NCBI GenBank assembly: GCA_018398765.1
Contig: JAHBMJ010000314.1
Coordinates: forward strand, 1-50,712
Reading direction: 5' to 3'
Source of the DNA: Chromera velia
Lineage: Eukaryota
Length of the DNA: 50,712 nucleotides
In this document: piece by piece, positions 24,130 to 36,600 of the stretch
Layout of the letters: each line of letters opens with the position of its first letter
Numbering within the stretch: the stretch's first letter is position 1
The notes under the pieces: model-generated
What the model saw: the letters and a program-made list of their open reading frames with translations, nothing else
Database searches by the model: none
What the model was told of the DNA's origin: nothing
Program-made: the position numbers and the translations under genes

Positions 24130-25050
24130 AAACATAAATCCGATATAATCTTATTTTATCCTATCCCAAAGAAGGTTGCAGTCTGCTATATATAGTCAGT
24201 CTTATTAATGAGTCAGGACGATATTGAATATCTTGATATTGGTAATATTGTGTATGATATTGGGACAATATTACCAAATATTTGTGATATTATGATATTA
24301 AGTGATATTAGATATTGTATAAGTGATATTAGGATATTTTAAGCTAATATCACACACAATATTATAATATTACTAACATAGAATATCATGCAATATCACC
24401 ACCATTGATACTGATATTGAATATCAATAATATCATACACTTTTGTGTGATATTTGATATTCAATATCAGCAATATCACCATGAAGGTTTGATATCACAA
24501 GTATGAAACGATACGAAACGTCCTTGAGACCTAAAAATAAAAGTCCTGAAATATCTTAAGTTTGTGTTTGATATTAAAATTTAATTATAAAACCATAGTA
24601 TAGTTTTATATTTAAATTTTCATATCAAGAGCTTATCTGATCTCAAAATTTCTGTATTTAAAATATGTAAAAGATGATTGTAAAATGATACATTTTCATA
24701 AAAATTTAATTAATGAAACATAATTTGAACTGTCCATATAACAAGAGCTGGCGGTTCTACGCTCATATCACTTTTTTTTGTTTTTTTGGGGTGCGTTACT
24801 TCAACTGCTGATGGTTGTTCAGAACTACTTTGATCTGATATTAGATGATATTCAATATTACAATATCAATGATTCAATATCAGGGATATTGAATATTACT
24901 CAATATCATAATATCATATGAGACTGCTGATATTGAGTGATATTCAATATCACAATATCATGATATTGCTGATATTGAGAATCTCAATATCACTTTCCTA
25001 ATATGAGTCAATATCAGTGATATTGTAACATTTCATGACTCATAGATGCT
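24130..25050. repeat. AT-rich array of GATATT/AATATC motifs in both orientations, probably the body of a non-autonomous DNA element
   Basis: Dozens of GATAT(T/C) and (A/C)ATATC hexamers; ATGAGTCA (~24208) and TGACTCAT (~25036) lie in inverted orientation near the ends. Confidence 0.55.
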
Positions 25051-25106
25051 GCATGGTACTGCGAGATGCTGCCGCTTGTACGTAAACGATACAGCCTCTA
25101 GTACTA

Positions 25107-25692
25107 CCCTACAAAAACCTAAGAATTTAGACAGGAATTTAGAGGAATTTAGCTAGGAATTTAATTAAAGCTCTAAATTCCTAAACTTTGGAGGTCAATT
25201 TTTCATGAACTGTGATGAGCTAGAACTTGATATTGACGGTAGTGACGAGATTTGATTTGATAAGATTTGATTTGATTTGAGCTTCAAGCTTAATTCTAAC
25301 CAGATTTGAGGTAGATTTGAGGTTGAAGTCTAGAGGTCACTCTCGACACCAGTCTCGACAGCACTGAAAACGACATGACACAGTCGATACCACTAGCAAA
25401 TCCTAGAAAGCCCTAGAGAGAAGAAAATCACTAAAAACTAGACTAAAAGCTAAATTAAGACTCTCAAAATTAATGAACTATTGTTAAAGCTAAGAGCTTA
25501 TATAAGTTTTTAGCTTAGAGTCATCCTAGAGAGTCACCTCGAGGATTTGAGGTTAAAGGGTTAGATTTGAAGTAGATTTGATAGGATTTGATAGGCCCTA
25601 TCATGTGTTTCAGGCCTAAGATTTGATTTGCGGTTAAACCCTACTTCAAAGCAAATCAAATCTGGTCACTAATTAACGGTGCTTGTAGACCT

Positions 25693-25732
<40 letters not shown>

Positions 25733-25933
25733 TTAGCTCTATAAGCACCGTTAATATCAAGTTCGTCGCTTAGTCCGAACTCATTATAGTTCATGAGAAA
25801 TTGGCCTCCCAAAATTGCTAAATTCCTCTAAAATCCTCTCTTTAGATTCCTAGCTAAATTCCTCTAAATTCTTATCTAAATTCCTCTAAATTCGTATCTA
25901 AATTCCTGTCTAAATTCTTAGGTCTTTGCAGGG
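25107..25933. mobile_element. Foldback MITE B with long inverted arms, (AATC)n loop and TA TSD
   Basis: CCCTACAAAAACCTAAGAATTTAGACAGGAATTTAG...CTAAATTCCTGTCTAAATTCTTAGGTCTTTGCAGGG. The arms pair up to the central (AATC)n at ~25693-25731; flanked by TA at 25105-25106 and 25934-25935. Confidence 0.85.
25240..25671. mobile_element. hAT-like MITE C (432 bp)
   Basis: TIRs TAGTGACGAGATTTGATTTG / CAAATCAAATCTGGTCACTA; 8-bp TSD ATTGACGG (25232-25239) / ATTAACGG (25672-25679). TAGTG ends plus an 8-bp TSD fit hAT. Confidence 0.85.
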
Positions 25934-26499
25934 TAGGCGACGCACAGTGATAAAAAAAAAGAAAAAAAAAATCTTGAGAAGCCTAATCTTTTTTTTTCTG
26001 TTGTTTTTAATATGCACATAGCGGGAAGGCCCTAGGGTGGAACATATCAATCAATCAATCAATTTATACAATTATTGGAAGTGTCAAACATATAATAAAA
26101 ACATATCTAACTACAAAACCTACATTTGCTAAGTATTGCTAAGTTTGCTTTAGAGTTTGCTTGGACTTTTGACCATCAGACTAGAAAACAAAAACAAAGG
26201 AAAAACAAATCTCGACATGTCTATTCTTTTTTTTTCTTACCACTGTGCGTCGCCTAGCTCTAGTACTAGCTCAATAGTATAGCCTGAGAGACAAGGACTA
26301 GCAAAGACCAAGGTGTAGCTAGAGGTGTAGAGTCTACAGTAGAGACATAGCTTGAAGTAAACTAGCCTCTAGACTATAGCCTTCAACTAGGAGACACTGT
26401 TTCATACAGAGGGAGAGAGCAACACTCTCAGACAAAGCAGACAGACTCAACGACACTGGGCTTATAATATGCCGCTTATTTCCTTTTTCCGGCCACACA

Positions 26500-26633
26500 A
26501 AACACAGACCACGCACACACACACAGACAGACACACACACACAGACGGACAGACAGACTATTTGTTCCTTCTTCTCCCTTATTTCCTTCACTACTTTCTT
26601 CATGGACAACAGACAAAAAAAAGAGAGTCTTTA

Positions 26634-26665
<32 letters not shown>

Positions 26666-27305
26666 AACGAGCGAACGAACGAACGAAAGAAACACGAACG
26701 AAACAAAAGAAACAAAAGAAAAAATTAAAGAAACGAACAAAGAAAAAAAGAAAGAAAGGAAGGAAGGAAGAAAGACAGAAAGAAAAGAAAAGAAAAGAAA
26801 AGAAAGAAAAGAAAGAAAAGAAAGAAAAGAAAGAAGAGAAAGAAAAGAAAGAAAAGAAAGAAAAGAAAGAAAAGAAAGAAAGAAAGAAAGAAAGAAAGGA
26901 AGGAAGGAAAGAAGGAAGGAAGGAAGGAAGGAAGGAAAGAAAGAAAGAAAGAAAGAAGGGAGAAACAACGAACGAACGAACGAACGAACGAACGAAAGAA
27001 AGAAGAGAAAGAAAGAAAGAAAGAAAGAAAGGAAGGAAGAAAGAATGAATGAAAGAAAGAAAGAAAAGTATGAATGAATGAATGAAAAAATTAAGAAAGG
27101 AAGGAAGAAGGGAAGAAAGAAAGAAAGAAAGAACGAAAGAAACGAGCGAACGAACGAAAGAAAAAAAGAAAGAAAGAAAGAACGAACGAACGACAAAAAG
27201 ACAGAAAGGCAGAAAGACAGAAAGAAAAGAAATAAATAAACAAAGAAAGAAAGAAACATAGGACAAAATATGTGACTTCTTTTTGATTTTTAAATTTCTT
27301 TTTCC

Positions 27306-27338
<33 letters not shown>

Positions 27339-27885
27339 GAGACTACATCTTCTTTTCTTTTCCTTTTTCTCTTTCTTCACTCTCTTCTGTTTTTTTTTCT
27401 TTCTTCTTTTGGCGCTCTCTCTCTGTGGAAGAGTGCCAAAGCTCCAGGCCTTGAGCGTACCCTGCGGCCCTTCATTGCCCAGTGCAGGCTTACGCCTTTG
27501 CACTTCTACATTCTTTCTATCTGGACGTGTTCGTTTCTTTCTTGTCCTTTCGTTTACGAGGCAGCTGCAGGAGCAGACAAACACACAGACGATATGGTTT
27601 CTTTTCCCCCCTTTTCTTCATGGACACAAGAGACCACAAGAAAGAAAGCACCAAGATAAAAGAACCAGACAGACAGACAGACAGGTAGGCAGGCAGGCAG
27701 ACAGACAGACAGGCAGGCAGACAGGCAGGCAGACAGACAGGCAGACAGACAGGCAGGCAGACAGGCAGGCAGACAGACAGTCTGTATGTTTCTTCTTCTC
27801 CTTTCTTTTCTTCATGTGCAGAGCGGACAACAAGAAAGAAAGAACAAAGACAAAAGAACAGAACCAACAATCAAACAGCGTGGGC

Positions 27886-27918
<33 letters not shown>

Positions 27919-28057
27919 CAGACAGACACAGACAGACACAGACAGACACAGACAGACACAGACAGACACAGACAGACACAGACAGACACAGACGGACACA
28001 GACAGACACAGACAGACACAGACAGACACAGACAGACACAGACAGACACAGACAGAC

Positions 28058-28090
<33 letters not shown>

Positions 28091-29030
28091 GACAGACAGA
28101 CAGACAGACAGACTATACAGACAGACTATATGTACAGACAGACAGACAGACAGACAGACAGACTAAAAGGTTTCTTTCCATCCTCTTCTTCATGAACACA
28201 ACAAGACAAAAAGAAAGGAGGCAACAATGACAGAGGAGCATCACAACAACTTAGACAAAGTGAGCAGGGGGCCCGAAAGATGAGAGTTAAGCTTCCCTTG
28301 CCTCTCCACCTCTCGACAGACTTTCACGTGATCACTGGTTCACACGTTAATCCTCTGCTGCTTCCACTCAAGACAAGAGAGAGAAAAAAAGGAAGAAGAC
28401 AAGAAAAAATAACAACAGAGAGAAAGAAAAACTGCACGCGGGAACCAATACCGTCATGGTCTTTAGACAGGGGTGGCGGGGTGGGGGCAGACAGACAGAC
28501 AGGCAGACAGACAGACAGGCAGACAGACTATACAGACCGACCGACCGAGGGACAGACAGACAGATTGACAGACGGAGACCATGTGACTTCTGTTTTTCTT
28601 GTTCCTTCGTTTATCGTTCTATAAATAGACAATAAAACAAGAAGCCAAAAACATTCGGACAATCAAAGAAAGCACCAATAATCAGACACACGGAAGGGGG
28701 CCGGAAGGAGACAGACTTAAGCGCCCCTTGCGTCTGTTCCCCGGGAACTTCCGCCCGATGAGATTCAGACAGACCACATTGTATTTTCTTTTCTTTTTCT
28801 CTTCTTTGACAGAATGTATGACTTCTTTTTTCTTTCTTTTTCCCTTGGAACAAAAAAAGGCAAAACAGACAGGCTGTATGCCTTCTTTTGACAGACAGAC
28901 TGTATCGTTTTTGCTTTCCTGTTCGGACAGTCTATACGTTTCATCTTCTCCTTTCTTTTCTTCATGTACAAAACGGACACAAAGAAAGAAAGAAAGAACA
29001 GAGACACAAGAGCAAAACAAACAAACAAAA
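26500..29030. repeat. Compound microsatellite block: (GAAA)n/(GAAC)n/(GGAA)n at 26630-27260, (GACA)n, and (GACAGACACA)n at ~27900-28070
   Basis: Directly visible; the overlapping ORFs are repeat artefacts. Confidence 0.9.
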
Positions 29031-29454
29031 ATTATGGGCAGGGGGTGATGGAGGATGATGCAGACAAGCGGAGGCACACTGGACAGACAACACGGTTACG
29101 CACCGGAACAGCCGTCAAGGATATCAAAGTAACCAAGAAAGAAATGCAAGTGGAGAGCACGAGTGAAAAACAGACGATGTTTGCAAAAGAAGGCACGGAC
29201 AGGATAGGATAGGAAAAGATAGTTCAGAGACGAGGACATGAGTAAATGAACAGTGACCAGCAGAAGTTTTCTTGTGTTCGTGTGTCCGTCACCGAGTCGA
29301 AAGAGGGATCTGCAGTTCGTCGTCACCCTACTACTCCTTCAGTTTTGTGTGTTTCGAAAAGCGTCTTCAGGTCAAGACAGCCTACTCCCTGCCTCCTCTA
29401 TCGGCAACCAGAATTTTCTTCCACCCTCCAACTCTAAGAGCTCGGACAAAGCGT

Positions 29455-29895
29455 TTACTTCAGGGGGATATATCCGAAACCCTTGTCGCCCTTCCCGAGA
29501 CCGGCCTTTCCGTGACGGCAGGGCTTGTAAGTGAGCGCGAACTCACCAAGGTAGTGGCCCACCATCTCAGGCTTGATCTCGACAGGGAAGAAGATCTTTC
29601 CCTGATAGACACCCACAATGGAGCCAATCATCTCAGGCATGACGACCATGTTACGGAGATGAGTGTTCACAACCTTGGGCTTCTCTCCGAAGGCAGCCTC
29701 CTTCTTGCTCTTTCTGAGCTTCTTGATGAGGACGTTGGCCTTGTGTCCAATGCCGCGGGAGAACTTCCTGCGCTTTCTGGCCTCAAAGAGGGCGACCACG
29801 TCAGGGAGAGCCAGGTCGAGGAGCTGGTCAAGCTCCACACCTCTGTAGGTGAACGTACGGAAAGTACGCTTCTGCTTCTGCTGTCCTTCAGCCAT
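29455..29895 (-). CDS. RPS15: 40S ribosomal protein S15 (uS19), 146 aa, intronless
   Basis: [28 protein letters not shown]...RRKFSRG...[53 protein letters not shown]...YIPLK; ATG at 29895-29893, TAA stop. Confidence 0.98.
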   Translation of the reverse strand: MAEGQQKQKRTFRTFTYRGVELDQLLDLALPDVVALFEARKRRKFSRGIGHKANVLIKKLRKSKKEAAFGEKPKVVNTHLRNMVVMPEMIGSIVGVYQGKIFFPVEIKPEMVGHYLGEFALTYKPCRHGKAGLGKGDKGFGYIPLK

Positions 29896-30660
29896 CTTCG
29901 CTAGCTTCAACTGTGGAATCGGAAGAGAGCAGCGGGTACCTTAGTTGGCTCGAGCGGTTTCTTGCTTTTTTGTATGCTGGTGGGGGAGTCTGTTCCTCGG
30001 AGGGCAGCTCAGCTTTTTTGAAACTTTCGGAGAGGCCCCAGAAAACAAAGAAATGGCATACAAATTCATCTTTTGCATGCATATGCATATGGAAAGCTTA
30101 ATTGCTCTTATTACCGTTTAAACGGTAGACCATGGTTTTTATAGTTTATAGTTTGGTCGGTATGGCCCGGAAAGCGTAGCTGAGGAGCCTGAGGGCACTT
30201 ACCAAGTTTTTCTTGCTGGGAGCCGCCTCCGCACGGTTATACGCAACCCAAAACGCAGAACCCTGCCGTATATACAGCTAGGCCCGTGCATCGATCTTCA
30301 ATTTCGCTTTCCGCGCGGGCCACTCGCACGTAGTGCGTCAGATGACATCCTGATCCTTGGACCAAGGCACTAATGGATCTAATAATTAAATTTCATTTCG
30401 TCGGGATACACCTGTCACTGCATGAGAAGCTGGGCAGTTTGATTGGCGGCGGGTCAGCGCCGCCGCCCATGCATCCGTCCACCTTTCCATATGCCCTTCA
30501 AGCTTTGAAGCTGTGTAGAGGTCAGAAAAACGATCGATGTACTTGTCCTCTCTCTCCGTGCAGTTTGATCAGAAAGGACTGTATAGAGACTGAATGAGCA
30601 TGTAGGTGAATGAATGTGTGTTTGTTGAATCCTCGCATTTGTCTTTGAATCCATCTGAAA
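29896..30660. promoter_or_regulatory. Divergent (head-to-head) intergenic region between RPS15 and anoctamin; includes a TOP/TCT-like CTCTCTTCC at 29929-29921 (minus)
   Basis: 765 bp between two divergent start codons; pyrimidine run ~26-34 nt upstream of the RPS15 ATG. Confidence 0.5.
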
Positions 30661-33600
30661 ATGTACCCCTCAGTCAACGAAGCAGTCGAGGGGCTGCTGA
30701 AAGGGCCCAGCAGCGACGGCTCTCGGGAGGTTGCGGACGAGTGCGTTCCTGGGTCAGAAGTGATTCTCTTCCTTGACAAGGAAACCGAGGCCTCTACAGT
30801 ACAGGCTCTTGTCGAATTGTTCAGAGAGGAGAAGCTCCACGCAGTTTCGGGGGCCCTGCCAGATGAAGAACCTTTCATCGCACTCGTGCCGACTTTTGAC
30901 AGGTCAGGTCAGACACTATTTTTCGTCCAGAATTTAAGCCTTGCTGCATGTTGTTATGCAATGCCAAGGCACAGAAAGATACATTGAGCAACCATAGAAT
31001 TTGAAGGGAATTCACTTTTCTTCCGAGGAATGTTGCGGACTTCAATTCATGTTGGCTTCTTGACACACAAGTGTGTACCATGGAACTCATGTACAACGGA
31101 TGCCTTCATGCTGCACTGCATGTATATACGAGAGCAGGCTTCAGAGGGAGGCCGAGGTGTTCGACCTCCAAAAGAAGACAATTGCAGGCGCATTGAAACC
31201 CTTTGAATATGCCAAGCGGGAGATCTTCGTTGACGGCACGAGTCCGAAAATGTTCACTTACTCGGAGGCCGCCATGCTGGCAGTGGAGGCGATCCAGGGA
31301 GTGAAGGGGGACGCCTTTTTGGAGACCCGGGAGATCCCCTCGCATGATGGATTCCTCCTCTCTCTCCAGGTCTGTCTGTATTCATTCATAAACTGCTCAA
31401 ACGTCCCTTTCCTTCCGTCTCTCCTTGTGCAAGTGCGTTCACTGAGGATACCACGTCTGCCTGTTTATCTGTGTCTGTCTTCCTGCCAGCCTCTCCGTCC
31501 ATGTATCCATGTGTCTACGTGTCTGCCTATCTGTCTTGTATTCACACATTTGTTCACTTCTTGCAGGACGGAGGCCTGGTTTCCGACATCATGCTCCTCC
31601 ATCACCCAGAGATGGCCAGCACAATCTGGAAGCAGCTCCTCAGAAAGACGCCCCTCTTCATGGACGTCCGAGAGGTCAGACAGAATTCAGAGAGAGAGAA
31701 AGAAGAAAAAGCCACGGAGGAAGAAGGGAGAGCTGGTAGGAGGACGCGAGAACTCCAGACGGAAAGCTTCGAGTTGATCCTAGAGAAGTCCTGAAGGTAT
31801 TTGGCTCCTTTCCTGCTTTCCTGATTTCCTTTTCTCTTGAAAGAACAGGTACTTTTAGGGTGCCCCGGTGCGCTTCTGTAAATTTGCGTCGGCCTCTCCT
31901 TCTTTGTAGATACGTCCTGTTTTTTTTTTTTGCCTCGCTTGATTTCAGATTCGCGACTACTTAGGGGAGGAGATTGCGATTTTCTTTCTGTTCATGAGGA
32001 CCTACCTCTGGTCTCTCATTGGACTGTCCATCCCTGGCCTCTACCTATTGGCACTCAACACTTCACTCATCGAGCTTCCAAACGGTCAGCAAGGGTACTG
32101 ATAATGAAGGAAGGAAGGAGATTGCTCTTTTCTTCATGGGCAAAAAATGAATGTCAGCGCAGACCTGAGGAGACTCTCGAACAATCAGTCAGTCAGACAA
32201 GTGGTTGAGTTAGACAATGGACAACCACCGAGCCAGCAAGTGACTTCAGGTGTTTTCTGGGGCAGTCTGAGTCTCCTTTCACTCTGTAGTCGTGAATGCC
32301 TGCCTACTTTCATGGCTGCCTTAGTTCGTACATTTTTCTGCCATGTAGGAACATGCAATGCAAATTTTTTCCGTGTTCCTACATGCGAACACACAAACAG
32401 GCCCAAATCAATATCTTCCATCGATACTTACCCGCGCTCTTCCCGCAGGTCCCTACTTCTTCTACGCCTGTGCCCTCTGGTCGATCGTTACTCTCAAGGT
32501 CCTGGACCAACAAATCGCGAGGACCCGCATAGAGTGGGGAATCTCGATCGTTGAGGGGTCCGAAACCGTCAGTCGGTCGCTTGGTTGGTTGGTCGGGCAG
32601 GCAGACTCAGTCAGTCTGCAAATCAGATAATACGCTGTCATACTGCAAAGAGGGCGTGCGCGAAGGATTGGAAAAGAGAAGGTGAAATGCCAATGCACAG
32701 CAAGAAATAATTAAACCGTCTGAGTGTATTTGTTCCGTGTTCAATCTGTACCATATTCTTTGTCTGTCTGTTTGAGACCTTCTTTTCTTCTTTTCTTTTG
32801 CAGCCTTCACGTTTTCCTCGTCTGTCTTTGTTCTGTCTTCTTTCTCTCTCTGCAGATTCGGTGGCAATTCCAAGGAGAGATTCACACAGACCCCCACACA
32901 GGAAGGGCATTCAAGGACTACCCACAGGTTAGAGGGGAGGGGGGAATTTAGTGCAGAGTTTGAAGGTCTCATTTTTGTGTGGTAGTATTTCATGATGGCC
33001 TATGTATGGCGACCTCCCACGAAATGTCCCCCCAAGACACAGGCAGGCTAGCTCCTCTAGAGGCGTCCCTCCCTCCTGGATTCATGCACTGGGGGGTGGT
33101 TACTTAATTACCGTCTCTCTCTGTCTCTTTTTCCCTCTTCCTCTGCCTCGGCTTGCACCTCTCCAATTCTCTTCTGAAGAACGCATTCCGGGCATACACA
33201 AGCCATCTATGCTTGATTGCCCAGCTGTCTAGAGGCCCTTTTCTCTCTTCTCCTTGCTTGCAAACACTCCCCCTCTTGATCTTCTGTCAGTCCACTCCAC
33301 TGCCTCACGCGGATAGTCTGGTGGGAATTTACCGGCAAGTACGGTTATTCGAAATATTGCATTCTGTCTGACCACCATTCTCTATGTCTGTCTGTCTGTC
33401 CTCTGCAGTGGAAGCGCACGTCAAAGCAGTTGGCCTCTCTGGGGATTCTGCTCGTCTGTCTCATCCCTGTGGTCACTTTGATGATCTGCACTCTGAACAT
33501 GATGGGGTACCTGCCGCAAGGGGTGACCGGGCATATCGGACCTCTGTATCGACTCTCGGAGCCTGGTCGGTCGGTCGGTCGGTTGGGCGGCCCTCCTTTC

Positions 33601-36600
33601 TCTTGTACCTGACAATCTGAATGTCGCAATAAGTGTTCCTTCTTTGCAGAATAATGAAAAGCGGCGAGAGCACACGCGCAGCCACCGCTCCAGCAGTGGA
33701 CGGCAGATCAGTTGACGAGCTTGCTCCCTCTCCCGTTCTGATAATATTGAGAGGAGGGGGGGGTGCTGTTCAAATGCCTGCATGCTCTCGGGTTGTCGTT
33801 CCTTCTTTCTCTTTCTCTTCTTTTTCATAAGAAGGAGCCTCGCGTGACCTTCTGTCACGTCTTGGCAACGTGAAGTGGTCCTAGCTTTCCGAGTCCTCTT
33901 CCTCGCTGCTTGTGGAATGAGTTGAAAGACAATTGAACCAACGAAAAAGAGCATGGTCGGAAAACTGTTGGAGGTCACGCAGTCGGAAAATGCTAATACT
34001 TGTTTGAAACCGCCCCGGCCCCTTCCAGGTGCTCTGTTCGATGCTGAGGACATGGTGAAGGGGTGCATTCCCATCGTGCTGCACGCCGTGATGGTGACTC
34101 TCCTCAACGAGGCCTTCCAGAACCTCTCGGAGAGACTCACCGAGTGGGAGAACTACAGGTTGGGTTGCTCGGAAGGAAAGGGGATTTGTCTGCAGCTCTT
34201 TCTCAACCTGTGTAGCTGCCTGTCTGTCTGAATGCCTGCCTCTATGGCTGGAACAGGCCCTCAAGAAAGTAACGTCACATGGCGCGACTCCACGGCAATT
34301 TCTTCACAGACATTTTGCGATACAGATCGAGAAGAAAACTCCTTAGATGTCTTTTGTCCCTTCTTCTCTTTGATCTAACGACTCCCCCCTTCTGTTCCCT
34401 TTTGTGCTTCTCTTTGATCGATCGGTCGGTCGAATTGTCAGGACCCAGAGGGAGCACGAGGACGCGCTTCTGTTGAAGAGAATGATCTTCGAGGGTCTCG
34501 ATTGCTACCTTCCTCTCTTCACTCTGGCAGTCATCCTGCAAGTCTGTGGGAGGCAGGGAAGGGGGAGGGGTGGATCGTCTATTTTCTGGTCGCGTGGGGT
34601 TTTGTTTTAGCTAGTGCCGGTGTCCCTTTCATGTGTCTCCGGAAGTTCTGGAAGCATCGAAAGTTCCTCCGTCCTGCATGCAGTTTGTTTGTTTTCCTAT
34701 CCCGTTGCCTGTCATCTCTTGTCAAAGGTCTGGAAATCTGCATGAGACATCTGGTCAGGAATGTATCGCTCCCGGGTGTGTGTGTGTGATAACATGACAA
34801 GAGTTCGAGATAAGCTTTTCTCCACAAATTTCACCTTGATTCTAAATCTTGCTTGGCGTGGCTGTACACTCACATGCAGGGTTATCGGGGTCTTCGTCTT
34901 GAGTTGATCTCTCTGTTCACTCTCGACGCCTTCCGTCGTATGGGCGTGGAGTTGGTCCTCCCTTGGATTATTCAGAAAAGCAGGGGAATCATGGAGAGAC
35001 GCCGCCCTGCTGCCAAGAGTCTGGGAGACGGGCCGGAGAGGACGGAGGGAGACAGACTGCCTGACTCACTCGAGAGAGGAAGACCTTCGCAGGAAAATCT
35101 GAATCAGGTGAGGGGGGTGTAGGGAGGGAGGGAGGGAACGAGTGGGAGAGTGAGTTCATGGCTGAATGTGTGGGTCGATGAGTATGCTAATCCCTCCATG
35201 ACAGGGACGGATGGATGAGCAGATCGGTGACTGACGGACTCACTGTATGGAAACGCGAGGAGAAAATAAATGAATGAATAAGTCAGTGTGAAAGTTATTG
35301 ATCAGAAAGAAAGCTTTTGTGTCTCCCTTCCTCTGTCTTCTCTCAGGGAGGATCCGGAGGCACGGATGACGCAGAGAACTCTGTGCCTCTTCTTGCTGGC
35401 GGAGACGCACAGGAGGAGGGACAGGCCAACCGGAAGGACAACAGCATGTCCATCGAGAGGGAGCCCAGCAGGCTACCCAACCGGAGGAGCTCTCTCCGCA
35501 TGTCCCTCACGGGATTCTCTGCCCACGCACCCAATGTCGGCACATCCGATCCCAAAGTTGCCTTCAGCTCTGCGACTGCACTCGCTAAGGAGTCAAGACG
35601 CTCCTTGCCCGTGCTGGTGCAGAACAACGCGGTCAGTTCGGTGCATGTGCTGAGGCACATCTGATGTTCAGGAGAAAGATGTCGACTCTCCTCTCGCTGC
35701 ATGGAAGGAAATGTCGAATGTTCTCACCTTACTTTTTTCTTTAATTTCAGTGTGGCGCAACAAGGGGCGTTGCTTTTATTTGTGTTCCTGCTTTGGGCGA
35801 CCCCCTCGTGTAGTTGCTTTTCTTTGTGTCGCAAGTGGGTTCTGTTTCTTCTTTCGTCCTCTCCAGTCTGGCTGACGGTGTGCCCACCTTCGACTTCCTT
35901 GAGCGGAACGTTCGCCCTCCATGAAAACCACAAACCACAGCTCTGCACATTTTGAGCGGAACTGAGCCAAAACAGATGCCTCCAAATCCGTATCAAGACG
36001 CGTGCGTCAAATAAAAACTCTCTCTAGACAAATCACGGGAGTGGCTGCAGTTCGACCGACCCGACACAGAGTGTCCGTCTGTGACTTCCAGGCTCTTTCG
36101 CCCGATTTGCTCTTCCTTGCGTCCTATCCTTCTTTAATGCTAATCCTTTCATGGGTGTGCAGAATCTGGCTGTGTACGACGGGACTTTTGACGACTACAT
36201 GGAGATGGTGGGTGGGTGGGTGATACGCTGTAGCTTCCCTCTTTTGCTCTTTCGAAATACGTCTGTTGATTCGGATTCAGTGATTAGCAAGAAGGCAGTA
36301 GGAGAAGAGGTTAGCCCACCTGGAGTGTATGCAGCACGATTCTCGTGTTATAGGTGTGTACATGGTGACGGTGTTTGCTTGATTGATAAAACCCCTTTTG
36401 TCCCTTTCTGACTGAGTGTCTGCCTTCAGGTGATCCAATACGGGTACATCACCCTCTTTGCCGTCGTGTTCGGAGTCGGAGGTCTCTGCGCTTTCTTGTC
36501 CAACTTCGTTGAGGTCTTTGCAGACCTCTACAAACTCCTCTTCGTCTACAGGAGACCTGTGCCCAGACGGTCGGTCGGTCGCTTTCCCTGCATGAAGGGG

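Larger units (their letters stand above)
25104..26257. mobile_element. MITE family A (TIR CTAGGCGACGCACAGTG, 8-bp TSD), carrying nested insertions
   Basis: TSD CTCTAGTA at 25096-25103 and 26258-26265; right TIR CACTGTGCGTCGCCTAG at 26241-26257; the left TIR is split at its TA by the foldback element. Confidence 0.8.

Noticed and set aside
25943..26247. Bona fide Transib/RAG transposon bounded by CACAGTG
   Set aside because: The 5-bp flanks (CGACG/CGTCG) are inverted rather than direct, recur in the second copy, and a true 8-bp TSD lies further out; no RSS nonamer at 12/23 spacing is seen.
26469..28230. Long ORFs (202-317 aa) rich in K/E/R, F/L/S or QTDR
   Set aside because: They are translations of stop-free microsatellites with no domain content.
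30074..30080. TGCATGC (ApiAP2/TRP2-like) site as a specific RPS15 promoter element
   Set aside because: TGCATG is abundant throughout introns and repeats in this window, so one occurrence is uninformative.
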